Positions 55,146-64,000 of a stretch of 64,000 nt of DNA are shown here, one piece after another. Each line of letters starts with the position of its first letter. Within the stretch, counting starts at the first letter, position 1. The DNA is from an uncultured Bacteroidales bacterium (GTDB taxonomy: Bacteria; Bacteroidota; Bacteroidia; Bacteroidales; FEN-979), in the NCBI GenBank assembly GCA_903929315.1, contig CAIYUC010000002.1, positions 7,626 through 71,625 on the forward strand, read 5' to 3'. Under the pieces are notes generated by a model. It saw only the letters and a program-made list of their open reading frames with translations. It was not told where the DNA came from and searched no databases. A program made the translations under genes and the position numbers.

Positions 55146-56027
55146 TTATTTCCAAAAATTGTAATAATTGTACCATTGCAAGGGATATTTCCGAGTAATC
55201 CTTTCAAATTCAGAAACATATTCTTTTATGGAATCCATAATTAACGCTGATCGTTGCATTGGGTTTCTAACATATGGTATAATTTTTAAGGGAGTTGCAT
55301 AGAACCTGTATTGCTTGCGTGATTCCTTAACAGCAAACACATAAGAAACGGGGACATTGAAATATGATGCCATATGCCAGGGGCCTAATGGAAAAAGTGC
55401 GGGTTCACCCAAAAAATCAATTCTAACTGTTTGATTTCCATCTATAAACCGGTCACCCAGAAACGCTATTAATTCTTTATTCGCCAGGGCTTGCTTAATT
55501 TCAAACAAATGTGAAAAGTCATTGCCAATTTTGATAAAGTGAACATTCCGGTCAGTTAGAATATCAGATATATAATTCTTGATAGCTTGTCCTTCACCAT
55601 CTAAAACAACCAAATTGATTTTTTTGTCGAGGAAGTCCAGTGCTTTCCCTCCCACTTCCCAATTTCCAATATGACCGCTGATAAGGATACCTCCATCACG
55701 CATTTCCAACAAATGCTCTTTACCTTCGTGAATAAAGTTGAATTTGTCCTTTAACCCGGAAAGGACGGCAGTTTTATCAATTAATCCTTGTCCCAGAAGA
55801 TAATAGTTTCTATAAATGCTTATTATTGATTTAAGCCTGCTTTGCTTCAGACGGATATGAAAAAAGTAAAACATTGATCCGAAAGCCTTTTTAGAGGCAA
55901 AAACAAAATATGCCGAGACAATGGTACAAAGGAAATACGCAAAATTAAGTCCAAGATGCTTTATGCTCCAGACAAAAATCCTATATCCAAAAACACTTCC
56001 TCTGCTTTTCCCTTCCCATGAGGCCAT
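55146..56027 (-). CDS. LpxL/HtrB-like (lysophospholipid/lipid A-type) acyltransferase
   Basis: N-terminal TM anchor, SGHIGNWE motif. Size and layout match the acyltransferases found in aryl-polyene/flexirubin-type loci. Confidence 0.65.
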   Translation of the reverse strand: MASWEGKSRGSVFGYRIFVWSIKHLGLNFAYFLCTIVSAYFVFASKKAFGSMFYFFHIRLKQSRLKSIISIYRNYYLLGQGLIDKTAVLSGLKDKFNFIHEGKEHLLEMRDGGILISGHIGNWEVGGKALDFLDKKINLVVLDGEGQAIKNYISDILTDRNVHFIKIGNDFSHLFEIKQALANKELIAFLGDRFIDGNQTVRIDFLGEPALFPLGPWHMASYFNVPVSYVFAVKESRKQYRFYATPLKIIPYVRNPMQRSALIMDSIKEYVSEFERITRKYPLQWYNYYNFWK

Positions 56028-56084
56028 AATTATATAACTTGGATTTATATTTATAATTATAAATTGAAGGTAATCCCAATAAGA

Positions 56085-56618
56085 TTATAAACCGGGTTTC
56101 ACTTTTCGTAAGTTGAATCTGGGGATCCAGGGTGGTACCTTCTGACAATATTCTTTCCAGCTTTCACCAAAACGACGTTCCAGTTGTGGTTCTTCATAAT
56201 TAGCCACAATTAAATATATGATCCTGACCATGGCAATCAGCCATATAAGGAGTATAAAGTGACCAAAAGTGAGGATTTCACCCAGTACTATAATATACAA
56301 TGCCCACATCATTGGGTTTCGAACATATCCATAGATATTGCGTGTCAGTATTTTTTTAGGCGCTGAAGTGACGAGAAATGTTCCTTTTCCAAATAGAAAC
56401 ATCAAAACTGCACACCAAATTGCTAATGCAGTCCCTAACCACATAATTATTATTCCAACTATTTCAACACCAGGTATCCCAAAGCCATCCTCGGTTTTGA
56501 TTTTTACAAGTTTCATTAAAAACTGAGGTATGATATAAAGCATACAAAAGGGACCAATAAATCCATATAATGCCCCATCAATTAATTGGAGAATAATTCT
56601 ATAAAAATGTTTGAGCAT
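56085..56618 (-). CDS. ICMT/PEMT-family membrane methyltransferase
   Basis: Multi-TM, with C-terminal RNPMMWALY...ANYEEPQLERRFGESWKEYCQKVPPWIP typical of isoprenylcysteine carboxyl / phospholipid methyltransferases. Confidence 0.75.
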   Translation of the reverse strand: MLKHFYRIILQLIDGALYGFIGPFCMLYIIPQFLMKLVKIKTEDGFGIPGVEIVGIIIMWLGTALAIWCAVLMFLFGKGTFLVTSAPKKILTRNIYGYVRNPMMWALYIIVLGEILTFGHFILLIWLIAMVRIIYLIVANYEEPQLERRFGESWKEYCQKVPPWIPRFNLRKVKPGL

Positions 56619-56630
56619 GTGAAAAAGATT

Positions 56631-59600
56631 TTAAATATTGATGCTATTGTCTTTCAATGGCATGCGTATGATAAAGAAATTATCAGATGTTATTCTCTTT
56701 TGATCGATCATTTCAAATTTCAATCCATACTCGCCGGCAATTTCCCTGAGTTTTTGGGGAGATGTAAAAAAAAGTTTTCCTTCCCGGATCAGGATCATGC
56801 CCCCTGGTTTAAGATTCCTGATGCATGTTTGCAGGAGTGATTTTTGTTTGTCATAAGTTAAATAATGCAGAATATCAAACAGGAACCCATCCTGTGGCGT
56901 GATCGGATATTCTGTAACATCGGCTTCTATAAAAGAAATGTTCTCGTTTTTAAGGTATCCGTTTTTGGCAACATTGATCTTACTGCTATCATTATCAACC
57001 CCTGTGATTCTTCGTTCACCGGAGTTTAGCATAAGCATATAGGAGATGTATCCATAACCACAACCCAAATCAAGAATGTCTCCTTTTCTTGGCAAAAACG
57101 TACAATAACAGTCGAAATTGTTTTCAAGGATCATTTTAATCCGAAGAGACCACTCAAGGATCGGCCCCTTAAAAAGGTAATTCAGCCTGAGGTTCAATAC
57201 ATTATAGGCCGGAGTATTGTGTCTGGTTCTGAATTTCAGGTATTCTTCCTGATAATACCGGCGGACCTGTTTTGTTCTTTCAGAATAATTGTTTCCAAAT
57301 GTTTGATTCTCCGGTTGTATTCTTGGTAGAATTTGAGTGAAAAGCCGGTTAGGTTTTCCCCAGAAAATTCCTTTAGGAAGGAAACCGCCACTTCCGAAAA
57401 TCATAACAGGAAGAATATCAAGATTCAGCTTTTCAGCAATATAAAACGCACCACGGTGAAACCGCTGGATACGACTATCTTTTGAACGATGTCCTTCAGG
57501 AAAGATCAACACGGAATAACCCTCATCAATCCGTTGTTTTATAAGAGAAAGGGAACTGTCAATAGTATCATTAACAGAAAGAAATCCTGCAACCCTGGCA
57601 ACCGGTCCGAAAACCCGGTTACGGAATACCCATTCGTTGGTAAGTATCACAATCTTTGGGTATAACCGCAGAAGAGCAGGTGTTTCTATAAGAGACTGGT
57701 GGTTACAGATGATGATAGCCGGTTTTTGGAAGGTTTCATTAGTATCATTTTCAATTGAGTGATGTCGTGGAAAATTCAGGTTGATATAAAGATGGCTCAG
57801 GGCATTAAAAAACTTGTGGAAAACATACTGTTTCCGTTTCTTTTTGAGAGGCAGCAGGGGACTTATCAGACTGCTGTAAATAACTAACAGAAGAGCAATC
57901 AGCGAAATGGGGATCCATGCGATAAATACAGCATGCAAAATATTGCGGGCGGTCATCGGGTAACTTCTCTTTTCCTGTGGATTCAACAAAAACCATCGGG
58001 CCAGCATCGATTGATAAGAAAGAGAAATGATAACGACACTTATTATTCCAAATATCGAGATCAGTGCTATGGAATTCAAAGCCGGATGCCTTGCAAAGAA
58101 AAGGGCCCCCACCCCAATAAGCGTTGTAGTGGAAGAGAGAAGGATTGAGACCCTATAGGTTTTCATGTCGTCCACCCCGGTTTTATACTTACCAATGAGG
58201 CCACGCATCATAAGTATGCTGTAATCCACTCCCAATCCAAAGATAAAAGAAGAGATAATAATATTGAAAATGTTAAATCTGATACCAGTGATTCCCATAA
58301 ATCCAAGGGTGATCAACCAGCTGAAAAACATCGGCAAAGAGGTGATAATGGCAAGTTCAATCCGTCCGAAAGAGATTAATAGCAGAAGTGTAACAAAGAC
58401 CATAGATAGGGTAACCAATAGTTCAAAATCATGTTTGACGTTCACCACAAACCGGGTTGTGAGGTTTTGTCTGTCGAACACAACCAGGTTGTGTTCCTTT
58501 GAAAATTCTTTGTATATGAATTGTTTTTCGGAATCCGTAACTTTGGCAATTCCGGAAATCATGATCATTTCAGGGGTTTCATTGATCCAGTCAGAGAAAA
58601 AAGCAAATCGCAAAGCTTTGCTTTGTTTGGAAGGTAACCGGGAAAAAGTAATGTTTATCATGGATTTGATTCCGGAAAATGCGTTGTCATTAAACCCATT
58701 AAGTTTTCCTGATTTTTCCAATCGACTGAGGAGCAGAGATTTTCGCTCTTTTGTCCAGAATTCATTCCATTTATTTAATCGTTCCTGTTGGATCGAATCT
58801 GAAGGTAACATTGAACCAACTCCTGAGAAAGATTGAATTTTTCCTTGTCCTTTCAGTGTTTCAAGTTTCTTTTGTGTGATCTCGTTCCATTTTAAAGCAT
58901 CATTGATATCCTTTCCGGTGGATACAATATAAACACTCTTCAAGTTGTTGCCGGAAATCTGATCGAGATGTTTTTCAGCATCTTTAAGTTTTTCCGACAT
59001 GTAATTCAATGAATTCATATCCTTTTCAAATGTAACTTTATTGGATACAAAGATGCTGGCCACACCTGCAAAAGCAAGGCCGGTCACCAACCATCTTTTC
59101 TTTCCAAAATCCAGGGCAGCAATCCTGTCGATAAAAGTAGTTCTTGTGATTTCCTTATCCGCAGGCAACATTTGTTTCCCAAGAAACTGAGGCAGGATGA
59201 CAAGCGAACAAATCGATGCCCCGAATACGCTGATGGCCGTAAACCAGCCCAGGTCATGCAATACCATCGAATTGAGAAAAGTCAGACAAAGAAATACCCC
59301 GATCGTCGTAAGGCTACAAATAATGATGGTCTGGGACATATCTGTTATAACCTGTTCCACAGACTGTTTTTTTCTATAATGGTTGACCATATAAAGGGTA
59401 TAGTCGATGATCAGTCCAAGGATTATTGACCCTATACCAAGCGCTATGAATGAGACCCAACCTTTAAAAAGAAATAAGATTGCCAGGGCAAGCCCGCCAC
59501 CAAAGATTGCAGGGACAAACCCAAGCAAAGGGATCAGGAAATTCCTGAAATACCATCCGATGAAAAAAAAGATGAGCACTATCGCAACACCAAGGGACAG

Positions 59601-60422
59601 AATTATATCTCGTTTTATTTGATTGGCGTTGCAGACAGCCGTAGCTGCATAACCATAATATTCAATATTAACCGGGATGGTTTGGTTTGCAGTTTGTAAA
59701 GCAATAAATTTCTCAAGATTAGCAATAAGTTTTGAATTCTTTTTGGTCTCAGTGGATGAGTTAGCGGGTGTAATAAACATCAGCAAATGCTTTTTATCCG
59801 GCGAAAAAACGCTGCCATTGTATAAAGTATATTGATTTTCCGATTGAAGTGAATAAAGCTTTTTTAATGCTAATCCGGAGATTCCAAGAGGATCTTTTAC
59901 AATTCTTTGTCTGAACAACATGCCAGTTGGTAAGACCATCATCCTGAAATTGCTCTTAAGCAAAGAATCAAGGTGTTCCGGCTGCATCAGATTATCAATA
60001 GTTCTGTAATCGGCATCGGTCAGAAACAAAGGGAAGTGTTGATCAATTATACTCAAGGCAATCTGAAAGAGGGAGTCATTAAATTGTAATAAAACCTGCC
60101 TGATATAAGTAGAATCAAGCCTTGACAAAAGACTGTCGCGCAATGTTCCGGCGATTGAAACCAGGTATTCAGGATTGGCTTCTTCAGTGGTATCCTTAAG
60201 TGAGAGAAGAACGAGCAATTTATCAGCGAATTTGAAATTCCTGATCACATATTCATAACGGCTCAGAGAATCCTTACCGGAAGTTAATCGGGTGATATTT
60301 TCTTCCAACCTGATCTTCGAAGCGAACAAGAGTATAAATCCCAATAATATTGCCAGAAACAGAAAGAAAAAACATCTATGGTTATGGAAGAAACGGTATA
60401 TAGAGATAAAAAAAACTAACAT
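56631..60422 (-). CDS. Triple fusion: MMPL/RND-like exporter + PlsC-type acyltransferase + class I SAM methyltransferase
   Basis: - About 770 aa with two blocks of TM helices separated by soluble loops (MMPL/predicted-exporter layout).
- Then IICNHQSLIETP and FPEGHRS (acyltransferase motifs).
- Then ILDLGCGYGYISYML and LKPGGMILI (SAM methyltransferase). Confidence 0.7.
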   Translation of the reverse strand: MLVFFISIYRFFHNHRCFFFLFLAILLGFILLFASKIRLEENITRLTSGKDSLSRYEYVIRNFKFADKLLVLLSLKDTTEEANPEYLVSIAGTLRDSLLSRLDSTYIRQVLLQFNDSLFQIALSIIDQHFPLFLTDADYRTIDNLMQPEHLDSLLKSNFRMMVLPTGMLFRQRIVKDPLGISGLALKKLYSLQSENQYTLYNGSVFSPDKKHLLMFITPANSSTETKKNSKLIANLEKFIALQTANQTIPVNIEYYGYAATAVCNANQIKRDIILSLGVAIVLIFFFIGWYFRNFLIPLLGFVPAIFGGGLALAILFLFKGWVSFIALGIGSIILGLIIDYTLYMVNHYRKKQSVEQVITDMSQTIIICSLTTIGVFLCLTFLNSMVLHDLGWFTAISVFGASICSLVILPQFLGKQMLPADKEITRTTFIDRIAALDFGKKRWLVTGLAFAGVASIFVSNKVTFEKDMNSLNYMSEKLKDAEKHLDQISGNNLKSVYIVSTGKDINDALKWNEITQKKLETLKGQGKIQSFSGVGSMLPSDSIQQERLNKWNEFWTKERKSLLLSRLEKSGKLNGFNDNAFSGIKSMINITFSRLPSKQSKALRFAFFSDWINETPEMIMISGIAKVTDSEKQFIYKEFSKEHNLVVFDRQNLTTRFVVNVKHDFELLVTLSMVFVTLLLLISFGRIELAIITSLPMFFSWLITLGFMGITGIRFNIFNIIISSFIFGLGVDYSILMMRGLIGKYKTGVDDMKTYRVSILLSSTTTLIGVGALFFARHPALNSIALISIFGIISVVIISLSYQSMLARWFLLNPQEKRSYPMTARNILHAVFIAWIPISLIALLLVIYSSLISPLLPLKKKRKQYVFHKFFNALSHLYINLNFPRHHSIENDTNETFQKPAIIICNHQSLIETPALLRLYPKIVILTNEWVFRNRVFGPVARVAGFLSVNDTIDSSLSLIKQRIDEGYSVLIFPEGHRSKDSRIQRFHRGAFYIAEKLNLDILPVMIFGSGGFLPKGIFWGKPNRLFTQILPRIQPENQTFGNNYSERTKQVRRYYQEEYLKFRTRHNTPAYNVLNLRLNYLFKGPILEWSLRIKMILENNFDCYCTFLPRKGDILDLGCGYGYISYMLMLNSGERRITGVDNDSSKINVAKNGYLKNENISFIEADVTEYPITPQDGFLFDILHYLTYDKQKSLLQTCIRNLKPGGMILIREGKLFFTSPQKLREIAGEYGLKFEMIDQKRITSDNFFIIRMPLKDNSINI

Positions 60423-60557
60423 TTAAGTGAGGTAATTTTGTTGGCTAAAACGGTAAAATTAATCCAAAATTCCAATGTCAAAAACAATTGCACCCAAATA
60501 AGCCTGATCAAAACTCCTTGATAAAACCAACTCTTTCCTCTGAAAGACTGAAGGTAA

Positions 60558-60888
60558 AATACACGAATGACGAATGAAATACAGGGATTCCTAGTAACGA
60601 ATATTATAAGTTGAATTCGAAATTCAACAATTCATAATATTGCATTCGTCATCCCTGCCTGCCTTCGGCAGGTAAACCTGCGGCAGGCAGGCGTCATTCC
60701 CGGATTCGTCATTTTTTAATAACTCGCCACTTCACCACCTTACCAGTTTTTTTACATCCCCGTCACGCGTCTCGCGTTACGCGGCACGTTCTTCCCTCCG
60801 CGTTTCGCGTCACGATCCGGCATCCGTTCCCGCAAAAGCGGGATTTCCGCTTCGTTACAACATTCGTTATTCATGTCATGCGTGAATT
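60558..60888. repeat. Mosaic stutter block including the 70-bp inverted copy of 39968-40037 and the cgcg module shared with 39095-39150
   Basis: 60644-60713 (attcgtcatccctgcctgccttcggcaggtaaacctgcggcaggcaggcgtcattcccggattcgtcatt) is the exact reverse complement of 39968-40037 by eye. Confidence 0.9.
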
Positions 60889-60952
60889 AAAAGAATAGGC
60901 TTTTAAAAAATTTTATTCAACATGTATCACCTTTTGTTGTTTTGCCTGATTA

Positions 60953-61525
60953 ATGACAAAGTTAAATATGGGAAAAATTGAAAAAAAATCGATAATACCA
61001 GAGGAGATAATCAGGAAAATTTATTTGATCAGGGGCGAGAAGGTGATACTGGATGAAGATCTTGCTACACTTTACGGAGTTGAAGTCAAAAGGCTTAAAG
61101 AAGCAGTAAGAAGGAACCGAAACCGGTTTCCTGCCGATTTTCTGCTTGAACTGACATGGGAAGAGTTCCATTCTTTAAGGTCGCAAATTGCGTCCTTAAA
61201 AAGGGGCCAGCACTCAAAATTTCTTCCGTTTGGTTTTACAGAACAAGGCGTTGCTATGTTATCATCTGTTTTACATTCAGAAACGGCGATCCTGGTAAAT
61301 ATTGCGATAATGCGGGCATTTGTCCATTTCAGACGGATTCTTGAGGTGAACACTGTTCTTGCCCGAAAAATTGATGAATTGGAAAAGAATGTGACCAGTC
61401 ATGATGAAAAACTCATACTGATCTTCAAGGTTCTTAAACAACTTATTGGGAAACAAGGTGAATCGCCTCCCCCGAGAAGAAAGATAGGATATAAAATAGA
61501 AAAAGATTTACAATCAGACTTATAG
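60953..61525 (+). CDS. ORF6N-domain (KilA-N-like DNA-binding) protein, intact copy
   Basis: 190 aa. IYLIRGEKVILDEDLATLYGVEVKRLKEAVRRNRNRFPADFLLELT...GFTEQGVAMLSSVL is the ORF6N pattern. Confidence 0.8.
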   Translation: MTKLNMGKIEKKSIIPEEIIRKIYLIRGEKVILDEDLATLYGVEVKRLKEAVRRNRNRFPADFLLELTWEEFHSLRSQIASLKRGQHSKFLPFGFTEQGVAMLSSVLHSETAILVNIAIMRAFVHFRRILEVNTVLARKIDELEKNVTSHDEKLILIFKVLKQLIGKQGESPPPRRKIGYKIEKDLQSDL

Positions 61526-61748
61526 GCTGGTAATTCGAAGTAAAACAAAAACGGGATCTCCATGGAGTTTATCCCGATTCCTTCGGGGCCTCAACATACG
61601 GCATCTATTTTTTTTCTTAATCCGTAATTCGTAATCGATTTTGTCCGCCCGTCCGCTTGACCGCCTGTCCGCCATCTAACTTACCACCTCACCACCTCAC
61701 CAGGTACCCGAAGGATGAGGGTTTTCAGGTTTAATCAATTTGAAGGTT

Positions 61749-62300
61749 TTAAGAAAGAAGGTCGAGTTCTAATTGTTCTACATTCGAGGGAGTATTTTTG
61801 GGAGGATAGAATACCCCTACAATGATAAATGGATTTCTTGTATTTCTTGTGTGATGTTTGAAATTCGTACCAAGAAAGAAATACAAATCAGTTTTACTAC
61901 AAAAATGGTCAAAGAATTTCTGTCTGACATCTAAACAAGCAAGTTGTTCGTCCTTTCTTTTATTAAATTGTTTCCAATATAACTGACCTAACTCCCAATC
62001 CTCAACCATTAGTGTACTGGATGTTTTATTAATATCCTCAAAAACATAAGAGAATTTATACGGAAGTTTACGGATTACTGTTTTGGTACTGATATCTTCA
62101 AATAGATTATGTTGCTTAAGCCATCCAATCCTTTTTTCATCCCACTCTCTTTTTTCCTCCTCAACAAAGATAAAATCCTTTATTAGAGTTGGTTTAAAAA
62201 CTGCTAAGGATGTTTTTTTACCATCTTCTTTTGAATCATTTATTAATTCAGTCAGGTAAACCCCAAATTTAATGGCAGAGTTTGGTCCGGAATGAGTGGC
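61749..62300 (-). pseudogene. 5'-truncated hypothetical gene (open frame without a start codon, running into a tandem repeat)
   Basis: The frame is open from the stop at 62301-62303 down to 61749 (…KFGVYLTELINDSKEDGKK…RKLPYKFSYVFEDINKTSSTLMVEDWELGQLYWKQF…FIIVGVFYPPK). The only ATG is at 62009. The upstream end is inside the 24-bp repeat array. Confidence 0.5.
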
Positions 62301-62405
62301 CTACTTTACTCCGGAATCACTGGCCTACTTTGTTCCGGAATAGGTGGCCTACTTTCGTCCGGAATGAGTGGCAGGGTTTAGTCCAGAATAGTCACCTGCT
62401 GATAA
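62286..62405. repeat. 24-bp tandem repeat x5 (tccggaatNNNNggcctactttNN), last two units degenerate
   Basis: Units begin at 62286, 62310, 62334, 62358 and 62382. Variable positions are 9-12 (gagt/cact/aggt/gagt/agtc) and 23-24. Confidence 0.9.
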
Positions 62406-62512
62406 CTTTGCTCCAAGTGTTAAAGACTGTTACACTGAGGCTCACTGAGAATGCACTGAGTTTCACAGAGTAACCCGCATAACGATCCTATTACTAGGAT
62501 AATAGTAACAGA

Positions 62513-62668
62513 ACCAATCCCCACACCCCAATCCCACACAACCAGTATCCAGTATCCAGCATCTGGCATCTCTTTTTATCTCACCAGTTCACCAGTTCAC
62601 CAGTTTTTCCGGCATCCGGCATCTTTTTTAACTTGCCAGTTCACCAGTTTGCCAGTTTACCAGTTTTC
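62513..62668. repeat. Mosaic stutter block (caatcccc/cacacc, ccagtat x2, ccagcatc/tggcatc, tcaccagt x3, ccggcatc x2, tgccagtt/caccagtt)
   Basis: Read directly. Lies downstream of hsdS. Confidence 0.85.
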
Positions 62669-62873
62669 TCTTGCAGGGTTTTGATCAAAATTAATCAAAA
62701 TCCAAACACAATTCACAATTTCAAAGAACATAAGTTATTAACAATCAAATTGTTAATAATTATTAAGAATCAACTATTTACCAGTGCAATTTGATCGCCT
62801 TGCTAGAACACCGAAAAATGACAATAACAATTTCTTATCGTTTTCCTTAATAATAAAATAATCCTCAATATTC

Positions 62874-64000
62874 TTATTTCCCCCAAACCCTCCCAACCAC
62901 CTCCTTTATCTTCCCCTCAAACACCTCAACCAACTCCTTATTTGCACGTACCAAAGATTGCTCCCGCTCAATGCGGGCAACAATGGCAAGCTGGGTGGAG
63001 AGGGAGGGGAGGGGGATTTGAATTGTTTTTATTCTCTCCAGTGATAATTTTGGTACACCAACAGCATGTGTTAATCTCTTAATTTGGATTTGAACAAAAT
63101 CAGTCATGCCGATAGTAGCAAGAAAATATTTGTTGATTATATTATTATCAAAGACCAATTTACAAGCGTTCTCTGTTAAATTAGCACCATCAAGTGAATC
63201 TGGAATTGTTCCCATTAGCCCAATCGTGCCTGCAATCGAAATATAAATATCTTCCTTTCTTATTATATACCTGGAAATTTCGGTATAGATTTCATCTGAA
63301 ATGAACTTCAATTTACCTTCATCAATTGTCAAATCGCTAAAATCAGTCACTCTTATATATGGATGTTTCGTTGGGTTTTCGGAAAATTGCTTTCCCTTTG
63401 GAACCCTTTTCCCACCTTTAACATCAGCAATCTTCCCCAACTCCACCATCTCCCACCCCGGATCAATCTCGATCCGCGGTTTGTAATTCTCCACCACCTG
63501 CCGGGCACCATCAATTATCTTCTGGTAACTTTCAATTTCAGAAACAATATCCTGCTGGACTGAAAGAGGTGGAACAGGGATACTGATCTGTTCAAGATTT
63601 GATCTGCTTATTCTTCTTCGACTTGCACCTGTTAGAAAAGGAAATATAGTTTCATAATAGGCCTCTATTTTTGTGTAAGCAACGAACAATTCTGGTAAAA
63701 CTTTTGCTTTATCAAACCTGACAATTGAACAGTCCACTGCTGTTATTGAACGAGTCCCAAGTCTTGGAACTAAGCAAGCTCGTCCGACTGGATCAGGCAA
63801 TCGGGAAACCAGCACATCACCTTCAAAAACTTCATGACATTTTAACCTTCTGAAAGTTGCATCATCAATGAATCTCGATTTATCCCCTTTATCCAAATAT
63901 TCACCGGTACCTACATTACCAGTCTGAATTAGACGGATTCCATTTTCAGATTGATCCTTACTTTCAATCCAATCACCATCGCCTATTTCCTTTGCTAGTT
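62874..64000 (-). CDS. hsdS: Type I restriction-modification specificity subunit (5' partial, runs off window)
   Basis: Two target-recognition regions separated by conserved helices (IPVPPLSVQQDIVSEIESYQKII and IPLPSLSTQLAIVARIEREQSLV). The frame stays open to base 64000 (…KEIGDGDWIESKDQSENGIRLIQTGNVG…). Confidence 0.85.
   Translation of the reverse strand, partial: LAKEIGDGDWIESKDQSENGIRLIQTGNVGTGEYLDKGDKSRFIDDATFRRLKCHEVFEGDVLVSRLPDPVGRACLVPRLGTRSITAVDCSIVRFDKAKVLPELFVAYTKIEAYYETIFPFLTGASRRRISRSNLEQISIPVPPLSVQQDIVSEIESYQKIIDGARQVVENYKPRIEIDPGWEMVELGKIADVKGGKRVPKGKQFSENPTKHPYIRVTDFSDLTIDEGKLKFISDEIYTEISRYIIRKEDIYISIAGTIGLMGTIPDSLDGANLTENACKLVFDNNIINKYFLATIGMTDFVQIQIKRLTHAVGVPKLSLERIKTIQIPLPSLSTQLAIVARIEREQSLVRANKELVEVFEGKIKEVVGRVWGK

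Noticed and set aside
61690-61712. caccaggtacccgaagg as another tRNA-Leu 3' att fragment
   Set aside because: It shares only ggtacccg (8 nt) with the 22104-22113 region, which is too short to support.

Overview
This looks like a Bacteroidota-type chromosomal segment. Several ORFs end in T9SS C-terminal sorting domains, there is a FISUMP lipoprotein, TAnnTTTG -7 promoter boxes sit upstream of several genes, and Shine-Dalgarno sites are mostly absent.

Gene content by region:
- 1-5.3 kb is core: nuoM (5' partial), nuoN, and pth-ctc(L25)-prs on the minus strand.
- At 5530 an intact tRNA-Leu(CAA) opens a mosaic accessory region. It holds a second, acceptor-defective tRNA-Leu copy (8043-8126), short tRNA 3'-end fragments (22097, 25736, 41149), one intact tyrosine integrase (21023-21994), and a frameshifted paralog (43395-44374).
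- Cargo includes three four-helix-bundle (23S-IVS-protein family) genes, hicBA (hicA frameshifted), an XRE-ImmA-PIN triad, and an HNH endonuclease.
- The cargo also includes a tight three-gene operon: an AbiEi-like wHTH, an AbiEii-like nucleotidyltransferase and a 1012-aa PrimPol(AEP)-SF2 helicase (16027-20917). I rank this as the best candidate for an undescribed conflict system.
- Further along: a GH79-like T9SS glycosidase, two DUF4143 ATPases, and a more GC-rich TetR-MFP-RND operon whose RND permease reads in frame into a TolC-like gene.
- Then a LytTR two-component pair, DUF4258/YgiT, HigBA and HTH-Panacea/RelE toxin-antitoxin pairs, and a Fic enzyme with an AbiEi-like N-terminal region preceded by iteron-like repeats.
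- Finally a radical SAM gene, DUF169-MBL-MFS, a lipid-modification operon with an exporter-acyltransferase-methyltransferase triple fusion, and a partial hsdS.

Almost every intergenic spacer, including those in the core pth/ctc/prs block, is built from degenerate 7-8 nt stutter arrays. These combine into hairpins and mosaic repeats, bracket single-gene cassettes, and abut 3'-terminal gene remnants.
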